Below, in pieces: positions 56,595 through 64,000 of a stretch of 64,000 nucleotides of DNA. The position numbers and the translations under genes were made by a program. The stretch covers positions 128,001 through 192,000 of the forward strand of contig CAVQMO010000010.1 of NCBI GenBank assembly GCA_963713605.1. The letters run 5' to 3'. Source of the stretch: an uncultured Nitrososphaerales archaeon. GTDB lineage: Archaea > Thermoproteota > Nitrososphaeria > Nitrososphaerales > Nitrososphaeraceae. Positions within the stretch are counted from its first letter, which is position 1, and each line of letters opens with the position of its first letter. A model generated the notes under the pieces. That model saw only the letters and a program-made list of their open reading frames with translations. It did not search any database and had not been told where the DNA came from.

Positions 56595-56724
56595 ACCTTG
56601 CATCTGCACAAACATCACAACCGTGTTTTAGTGATAGAATATGTCTACCGCCCTTCTGAATAATTCTATTTGAACCGTAAATTACATTCGTGGCTCCAGG
56701 ATAATATTCCCATGAAGTAGCCAT
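56595..56724 (-). pseudogene. Truncated N-terminus of a second TrmB-like sensor paralog
   Basis: TNVIYGSNRIIQKG...LKHGCDVCAD aligns to TEVIYGFENIVKM...TKHTIDSCID. Confidence 0.5.
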
Positions 56725-56920
56725 AACCTTGCCAGAATGAAAAACTATATTAGAATTCTGATTAACATTGAATATCTCGTCTAACTCCTAATAGTATCCT
56801 CGCTGTTCTGAAAATTCTCCATTGTTATAACAACAGTGAGAAAGTATTATCGTGATCTTTGCAGGCAGGATAAAATTCGTGGTTGGATCAAATTTTTCGG
56901 CTAGAATTGATTGACAGCTA

Positions 56921-57040
56921 TCACTGCCAGCAACAACCTGGTCTTCGATATCTTGCATAAATTTTGTGTTGGATTAGGTCCTGTTCTGAGTCAAATACGG
57001 TATCACACTCTTCACATATGTAAGAGGCAACGTTTGTCAT
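56921..57040 (-). CDS. C2H2-like zinc-finger microprotein
   Basis: Below the ORF-track cutoff: MTNVASYICEECDTVFDSEQDLIQHK...; C-terminus may be frameshifted. Confidence 0.55.
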   Translation of the reverse strand: MTNVASYICEECDTVFDSEQDLIQHKIYARYRRPGCCWQ

Positions 57041-57421
57041 CGGTGTGCTTCTATGCACTTAGAATTCCATATAAACTTTGATTCGTTTCTTAGCTCACTT
57101 ATTTCTGTTTTTTAGTTTCATGAAAATGCAGTTGGAATGCATAAATGTATAGTTGCAAGCTCTCGCCTATTGACATACTGGGATATAGTATGAATATAGC
57201 ATCAAAAATAACTTCTCTAACAGGTGATATACAAGAAGACACTACAGAAAATAATCAACTAGATTGATTCCACTTTACAATTTAGGGGAACAAGTACATA
57301 GATATATATCCCCATAACAATATCGACTTTGAAACTTGCTGAAGTTGCTAAGCGGTGTTAGGTCAATGAGCATGTAAAAGAAATTATGTCCATGAAACAC
57401 AGTCACAAAGACAGAACGGCG

Positions 57422-58300
57422 CTAGGGTATGTAAGCAACAATATTCAATCTGACAAAGTCAAGGCGCAATTGCTCATCCAATCCGTTACTATACTTCTTA
57501 ATTTCACTTAGGAACGTGTCGAGAAAGAGAGATTTTAATCTCTCATCATCATTACTACTATTATTGTTTACCGACAGATGATCCAGATAGGATTTCATTA
57601 TTACCGTTTTTATAAACTTCGCATACACATTACGATTTGGGAAAACTACAGAATCTTTGGATGAGTGTACATTTCTATTTACATATCCTGCCTCTTGTAA
57701 CAACTTGTCTGTCTCATCCGGTTTAGCAAAATGCCATGGTTGCTTCCAGTCTGTGAAGTATGCTTTGAATTGAGACGAATGTGCAATTCTTTCTAACATC
57801 GTGATAATATGTTGTAGATTTCCATACGCTCCACACTGAATTAACAGTTGACCACTGTTTTCAGTTCTGCTGGAATAATTGTCATCATCTACTCTATTGT
57901 TTTTATTTGGTTTTAGCATTCCCCAAAAGCTTTGAAATGCTTTTCTGTGATCTTGCACCCAGTGGAACGCTGAATTAGAAAAGATAACATCCACCTTTCT
58001 TGGCAGCTTTACGTCAGTGAAACTAGACTGAACTATTTCGACATTATCAAAGCATCGAAGATTAGTCCTTGCTTGTTTTATCATATTAGAATCAATGTCA
58101 ACAGCATAGACTTTTCCATGTGGAACTTTCTTGGCTAAATCTCTGGTCAGCAGTCCCGTACCACATCCTGCATCCATAACAATTTCATTCCCATACCAGC
58201 TTCGCAATTCAATGACTTGTTGGCCCCATCTATACTGAACTGGATATGAAATTTGATCATATGCATGTGCATCCCAAGACCCTTCTATTTTGTGTCTCAA
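57422..58300 (-). CDS. Class I SAM methyltransferase (trans-aconitate methyltransferase-like)
   Basis: WDAHAY, VMDAGCGTG, DVIFSNSAFHWVQDH, DFVRLNIVA. Confidence 0.9.
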   Translation of the reverse strand: MRHKIEGSWDAHAYDQISYPVQYRWGQQVIELRSWYGNEIVMDAGCGTGLLTRDLAKKVPHGKVYAVDIDSNMIKQARTNLRCFDNVEIVQSSFTDVKLPRKVDVIFSNSAFHWVQDHRKAFQSFWGMLKPNKNNRVDDDNYSSRTENSGQLLIQCGAYGNLQHIITMLERIAHSSQFKAYFTDWKQPWHFAKPDETDKLLQEAGYVNRNVHSSKDSVVFPNRNVYAKFIKTVIMKSYLDHLSVNNNSSNDDERLKSLFLDTFLSEIKKYSNGLDEQLRLDFVRLNIVAYIP

Positions 58301-58528
58301 TTGCCAGCCAGCCCTATCCCAGTTATTGGTTATGCCTGACTATTAATAATCTGATAGTCAAGCCCAAATGAGTTGTTTATATCTATCTTTCAAACATTTA
58401 GCTTTTGCTATTATGTGATATTGAGTGCAGATAGCAATGCTATTCCCTGTAACTTTCTGTATTAGTTTGGTATCAGAATGAGCTCAATTAATTCAGATTT
58501 GTTTTTCGCATTAGTTCAAGCCCTAAAG

Positions 58529-58800
58529 CTATAGTTGAGGTGACAAATTCTCGAATGGAATCGTTCCACCCTTCCATTCCCACTCTGCAAAACGGTTAAT
58601 GCCCTCCTCAGGAGAGTATTCGACTTGACCTATTGCTACCAGGTCGTCAAGGAATGCTAGCTGCCCAGTGGAGTTTGTGCTAAAATACGTAACACTAGTT
58701 CCATTTCCTGGGCCATCAGGACTTGTACGAGTGAGCAAAACAAAGCTGATAGTTGCATTTTCGCCGTCTTCTGCTGCTGCACCGCCTTCATTCCTGACTT
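58529..58800 (-). pseudogene. C-terminal fragment of a paralog of 17249-17728
   Basis: EDGENATISF...YFSTNSTGQLAFLDD...EWEWK; no N-terminus. Confidence 0.55.
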
Positions 58801-58960
58801 GTTGCCTCTTTGTGTTTTATATAATATTATATTATGCATCTTACAATGTAAATATCAGGGCCAGTCTGTCCTCCACACCTTTCTAGTCCTCTAGCCTGTA
58901 TTATTACATTTTATGAATAAGTTAATATGGTATGGTGTGTTTAGGGTATTAGAAAGAAAC

Positions 58961-59137
58961 ATGGGTAAGTGGAAATGCCTATGGTGTTCGAAAGTGTTGG
59001 AAGGGGAATCGTTTATGGACCTGGTTGAGGCCTCCATCAAGGAAGAAAGCGGGCAACACGTACACGGCTGGGAAAATATAACGTCAGTCGATGTAAAGGC
59101 AACTGCAGTACAAAAGAATAAACTATTGTCGGTTTAG
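58961..59137 (+). CDS. 58-aa zinc-binding microprotein, paralog of 34297-34473
   Basis: MGKWKCLWCSKVLEGESFMDLVEASIKEESGQHVHGWENI...SV*. Confidence 0.8.
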   Translation: MGKWKCLWCSKVLEGESFMDLVEASIKEESGQHVHGWENITSVDVKATAVQKNKLLSV

Positions 59138-59474
59138 TCTTCCTCTGTTTTATTATTTCTTGCTGATCGTCGTAGTTGTCCTTCAAAATAGTGCGTTCTT
59201 TATTTTTCGCGTTTTGCACATTAGTTAAGATAGTGTAGGCAACACATAAAAAACAAAGTCCTATCCACAATATTCCTATATTGAACCCCTCGTTAACCAA
59301 TACGGCACTAACCAATATAGAACTGTCAGGACGACCGTCATACAAAGATGAGTTGGATTCCTCAGATAGCTGATCTAGCCAAGATCCATAAGTTATATTA
59401 TCCAAAATAGATGTTATTATACAAGCTATATCATAAACTATTAAATTCTGCGCTATGCAATTATAACACTCATA

Positions 59475-60116
59475 ATGCATGATTCTCACCTTAGTGCAAT
59501 ACGCAAGAATTTTCTATGTGTACTTTTTTTCATGCTATCTGTTTCCTCGCTTCTTGATTTGATGGGTTCATCTGCTGGAACCGCAGATGCTTCGAACGAT
59601 CCGTACGATTCGGGATATGATCATGGTTGTGCTGATGCAAAAATCTCAGAACCATCGGATAGATATATAAACCAACCAGAAAAAGGTCTAGCGTTTCACT
59701 CAGATTTATTTATGCAAGGGTACTATGATGGATACGATGCATGTACTACTAGTATAGAAAATATACCTTCATCTGATGCAGAAACATTCAAAATAGACGC
59801 AACGATTGATTTTGATCGTCAAGCGATCCTGAAAGCAAATGGAAATAATCTAGGTGATGCATGGTTTTCAATTAATGGAGTAAGGTATGGTGAAGGAACC
59901 TATTATGATATGATCGACTGGGTGTACGATGATGATGTTGAGATACGTGGAATAAATACTAATTCTTTATCCAGAGTCTTAGAACCACCTTATTCTTTGG
60001 AACCAGGTCAGGACATTCAGATATGCCTTAATGATGATAAAGGTTATCACGCTTGTAAAACAATTGTAAACTCCGAAGATAAGCGGCCAGAGAAAGTAAA
60101 TTTTAGCTATCCATAA
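59475..60116 (+). CDS. Secreted hypothetical protein with GYDHGC..A / GYYDGY.AC module
   Basis: Signal peptide; paired Cys motifs. Confidence 0.7.
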   Translation: MHDSHLSAIRKNFLCVLFFMLSVSSLLDLMGSSAGTADASNDPYDSGYDHGCADAKISEPSDRYINQPEKGLAFHSDLFMQGYYDGYDACTTSIENIPSSDAETFKIDATIDFDRQAILKANGNNLGDAWFSINGVRYGEGTYYDMIDWVYDDDVEIRGINTNSLSRVLEPPYSLEPGQDIQICLNDDKGYHACKTIVNSEDKRPEKVNFSYP

Positions 60117-60406
60117 TTTGTTTTCGATGAGACAACGTGAACGAGTAGCCCTATTATTATTTAGTCACAGCCCGTGAAGCCATACCAAATGTCTAGTTGT
60201 TTGTACGTTCTGTACAATAGTAGCGTTCAGTCAATCACTTTATAAAATTTTAATCATAAAACCTTCCGCAGCCTTTAAGATGGGAGTCCTCTCACATATC
60301 ATAACATTCCTTTTCTGAGAAAATTCTTATCGACTAACCCCCTTTCCTGAGTTTGCCAAACGTAGTCAAGCTGATAAAATACGAAAGTTTAGGATTCGCC
60401 ACCCGT

Positions 60407-60437
60407 TCCCTTTCCTATTACAAGGCTTGGAAAGGGA
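60407..60437 (-). terminator. 9-bp hairpin abutting the flavin reductase stop
   Basis: TCCCTTTCC / GGAAAGGGA. Confidence 0.35.
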
Positions 60438-61001
60438 TTACTTTTTGTGTTTTTCAATAACCTTTCTCATTCTTTCACGCTCTTCTTGAGAAGGTTTTAC
60501 TACATTTGTGTTCAGGATAAAGTACTTCCCTCCGTAGTAGGCTAATGGTACTTTGTCAGGATTATTAGATGCTTCCATAACTTCTCCTACAAATGTAGTG
60601 TGGTCGCCAAGTGGAATTGCATTTGATAGTATGCATTCAATATTTACTGCAGCTCCTTTTATCATGGTGGCCTTGATTTTCTTAGCTTCGTAGAATTCAA
60701 ACCCGAGTTCTTTTAGAGCATTAATCTTGTTATACCTGCTGGCTGTATAACCACCAGCTACACTTGACATTATTGATTGATCTGTGCTACACAGATTAAC
60801 TCCGAATTCCTTTGTTTGTTTTATGTTCTCATGGGTTGCCTTATTTGGGCCTATACAAACAGCTATCAAACCAGGTCTGTAAGATACATGATGTGTCCAT
60901 TCGCAGGCCATCACATCTGCTCCGTAAGGTCCATTTGTCGTAATTAATCCAACGTTAGTTATGAATTTGTTTGATCTTTCATCATTCCAAGGTAAGTCCA
61001 C
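60438..61001 (-). CDS. Flavin reductase-like (DIM6/NTAB) protein
   Basis: VGLITT, THENIKQTKEFGVN, IEC...LGDHTTFVGEV, PLAY. Confidence 0.9.
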   Translation of the reverse strand: MDLPWNDERSNKFITNVGLITTNGPYGADVMACEWTHHVSYRPGLIAVCIGPNKATHENIKQTKEFGVNLCSTDQSIMSSVAGGYTASRYNKINALKELGFEFYEAKKIKATMIKGAAVNIECILSNAIPLGDHTTFVGEVMEASNNPDKVPLAYYGGKYFILNTNVVKPSQEERERMRKVIEKHKK

Positions 61002-61789
61002 AGACTTGTCACTTCAATTACTGTTATGACATTATTATTGTTAGCGTTAGAAATAGTCGATAATGCTCCACGTTACTGACTGATCTTCATATTTTGAATA
61101 TCCGTTAATTTCTCTTCCATTCCTTTCACATTTATTGTGATAGCTCTTTCAAACGTACCGCGACATACTACCACTATATCTTTGGCAAGATGACATCAAA
61201 CGCGGCCAAATGAGATATCACAAAGATTTAGGGGCTTCTCTATTTTTGTTAAACGGCACTGGTACAATTAATGTGCTTCAAGTAACTAATAATCTAGAGT
61301 GATTTATCATTATTAATACAAATTAAACAGATACAATATTAAGAACACGTTATTAGGAAGAAAGTACCTATAATAGGTAGAAATCCAAACGATTTCTTTA
61401 TTGACATTGTAGGGCGATCCAGATGGAAACCTGGCTGGCTCGCTCTATTTTTCCTTATCATGATATTATGATGTTCTGTAAAAATATGTTATGCGAAAAG
61501 AGAATTGATCTTTATAAACGTTATCTAAAAAAGGATGAACTTACCGGTATGGACAAGCTTACTTTAACAAATAAAAAAGAATGGGTATGATCTACCCCTT
61601 GAATAAAGATAAAGGTGATTTGTCCACAGTGTCAGTCCGAAGGTAAAAGTTACTGCAGCCTCATCGAGAGTAGGTACCTAAATCATCCAACAATTACTTC
61701 AGACTGTATCAGACTAAATCTCTCCTTCTTTACAACCACATAGAGTTGTCAAGCGATTATATTTCTAGTAATACTATCCATGTTATGAA

Positions 61790-62041
61790 ATGACTGGAAG
61801 AACTGAAAAACATCAACAGCAGGCTGGTTTAGATCTGGTATCCGGAATGATTTCGAATATTCTTGGGTCAGTTAACAGTGGGACTATTACAATAGATATT
61901 GATAAACAACCCTTATTGAGGCTTATAATAAACCAAGGGGATACACAAAAAATAAATTTAGAGTTTGGACAGAAATTCACGGAGATGCTTTTTGAGGTGG
62001 GTACTAAGATGATTTCTGGCAAGTTAAAGAACCTTTCATAA
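61790..62041 (+). CDS. Hypothetical protein, possibly truncated
   Basis: 83-aa ORF with ATG start. Confidence 0.35.
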   Translation: MTGRTEKHQQQAGLDLVSGMISNILGSVNSGTITIDIDKQPLLRLIINQGDTQKINLEFGQKFTEMLFEVGTKMISGKLKNLS

Positions 62042-62435
62042 ATGGGGTAGTGGTCGATGATCCTTATCCAGAAGATTCTGTGATGTAATAGCAGTCTTGA
62101 AGGACAAGAATAATAAAAACATGAATCACTAAATTTATGATAGAAAGGAGAATAAATATTATTACTATCCCGTGGCAGTGGAAGTTACTATCAAGTAAGC
62201 AGTGCAATTTATTGCTCTAGAATCCCATTTAACAAGTCCCCTCTTGAATAATTCAACAAATGCTTAGAATCCAATTATAGCTTTTGTGGATTTACATTGA
62301 AATGGAGGCTATTGATGTCCTCATCGAATCCAAAAAACGCTGGTAATAATCTGTACTGCTCCAATAATGCGTTGGCCGTCTAACATTCTATGATCATATA
62401 TATGGAACAGTGATATTTCAAGATCGCTGAAGAGA

Positions 62436-63701
62436 TTGAAGATTATATTTCAAGATCCAACTTTCTCATTACAGTTGTTGAGAGCCCTCTCTGAAACCTA
62501 CTATAGAGGAGCGGATGTAGGTGAGTGTTTATCCACCGCATATCGTATCACAGAAGGTGATTTCGAGAGTTGGCATAAGGAGTGGCTAAAGACGGCAAAA
62601 CGAATTCAAAGTTACGCAGATGAATGTCTTGCTAAAGGCCATGCCATAAGTGCGAGGGATGCATATCTTAGAGCTTCCAATTACTATCGAGTCTCTGAAT
62701 TTATGTTAATTGATCCACAAGACCCTCGGATCCAAATCACATGGGGAAATAGCAAAGAATGTTTTAGTAAGGCTGCAGCGCTCTTTCCATTCTATGTAGA
62801 ATCAATAGAGATACCATACAAGCAAGGTGCAATGCTGCCTGGCTATTTTTATCATAATTCAAAGAAAAGTGTTTACGATATTAATACGGATGAGGGCATG
62901 AAAAGTAAAGAAACTGGAAATAAATTGTCTCGACCAACTATCATAGTTCATGGTGGTTTTGATTCGACTTTAGAAGAATTGTATTCATCGTCTGCAGCAC
63001 CAGCGCTGGAGAGGGGATATAATTGCTTGACGTTTGAGGGTCCTGGTCAAGGAGGCGTAATTCGTAAGCAGAATATTCCTTTTAGATATGATTGGGAAGA
63101 AGTTGTAACTCCTGTTATTGATTATGCCATAAGAAGGAAAGAAGAATTTGGTATTGACGTAAACCAAATAGCATTAATGGGTATAAGTATGGGTGGCTAT
63201 CTAGCTGCTAGAGCTGAGCTTTTGATCATCGCATATCTGCCTGTATACTTTATAATGGAGTTTATGACGGATATGACGCTATTACATCAGCATTTCCTAA
63301 ATCTTTATTAAATGCACTAGGCGAAGATAATTCGAAATTTGTAAATTCAGCGATTACAGATCTTATGAAGTCTGATCCGAATACTAGATTTAACGTGAAA
63401 CACGGAATGTGGACAACAGGATCTGATTCACCTTATGATCTTATTACTGGCGCAAGAAATTACACTTTAAAAGATATAATAAAAAATATCACCTGCCCCA
63501 CATTAGTCCTTGACGCTGAAAAGGACGACTCCTTTCCTGGACAACCAAAGAAGGTATACGATAATTTAATGACTTCAAAAAAGTACATATTATTTACTCA
63601 AGACGAAGGTGCAGAAGAGCACTGTCAATGCGGAGCAAGCTGCTTTATCAAATCAACGAATATTCGACTGGCTTGATGAAGTTTTTGACCATCACAAGTG
63701 A
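62436..63701 (+). CDS. Alpha/beta hydrolase (DHPON-hydrolase/FrsA-like); frameshifts near 63216 and 63637
   Basis: YLRASNYYR, HGGFDS, EGPGQG, GISMGGY, restored ARAAAFDHR, GAEEHCQ, IFDWLDE. Confidence 0.88.
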
Positions 63702-64000
63702 AGCGAGAAAGCAAATGGATAATCAATGGTGATACTTAGCGAATTCTTCTTGTCATTACTGTTCAAGCCCGATAATAACTATATTCTCTGTAACTTCACA
63801 AGAGGATTATGCTTCAAAAGCTACTTCCAGTAGAAATCTAGAGATTGTTAATGCTTAAAACATAAGGAATAATTATTGACTCGCTCCACGACCTCACATT
63901 ATATATCAAGCGATTCTTATTAACCAATATCCGATCTGCTAACATAATTTCAGAATCTTTAGATAGGCATCCGTTCGGATAGCGATCAAGGATTCAAACT

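Noticed and set aside
881..63167. Numerous antisense/shadow ORFs (e.g. 881-1132, 6508-6957, 36969-37412, 42869-43402, 34002-34328)
   Set aside because: They overlap well-supported genes on the other strand and show no motifs.
15611..63701. Programmed ribosomal frameshifting as the explanation for split genes
   Set aside because: No shared slippery heptamer or downstream structure; the breaks coincide with GTAC/AGCT or homopolymers.

Overview
Low-GC archaeal accessory region, inferred to come from a soil ammonia-oxidising archaeon (Nitrososphaeraceae-like). The basis is gene content: a cupredoxin, F420-dependent PPOX/LLM/nitroreductase families, a stand-alone TRAM protein, a TrmB-like sensor, many secreted and small zinc-finger proteins, and TATA-type promoters. 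I found no rRNA, tRNA, CRISPR array or intact transposase. Recognisable genes include a GH63/MGH1-like hydrolase, a Rieske/FNR pair, a crotonase, pncB, ltrA, two histidine kinases (one with a NarX-like P-box), an XPB-like helicase, a patatin, a class III cyclase, a DAG-kinase-family lipid kinase, a CDF transporter and two methyltransferases, plus many decayed gene remnants. Main unexplained signals: (1) an array of five hairpins at 7777-8296 with conserved GGTAG...CTACC arms and variable loops, which pair best on the minus strand through G.U wobbles and are mostly followed by U-tracts, with a second partial locus near 35.9 kb; (2) a GC-rich structured-RNA candidate at 18745-18880; (3) many single-base frameshifts sitting on GTAC or AGCT, which points to basecalling errors at methylated motifs rather than real pseudogenes; (4) tandem repeats at an apparent gene-truncation junction near 56.5 kb. 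All family calls are from motif recognition, not database searches.
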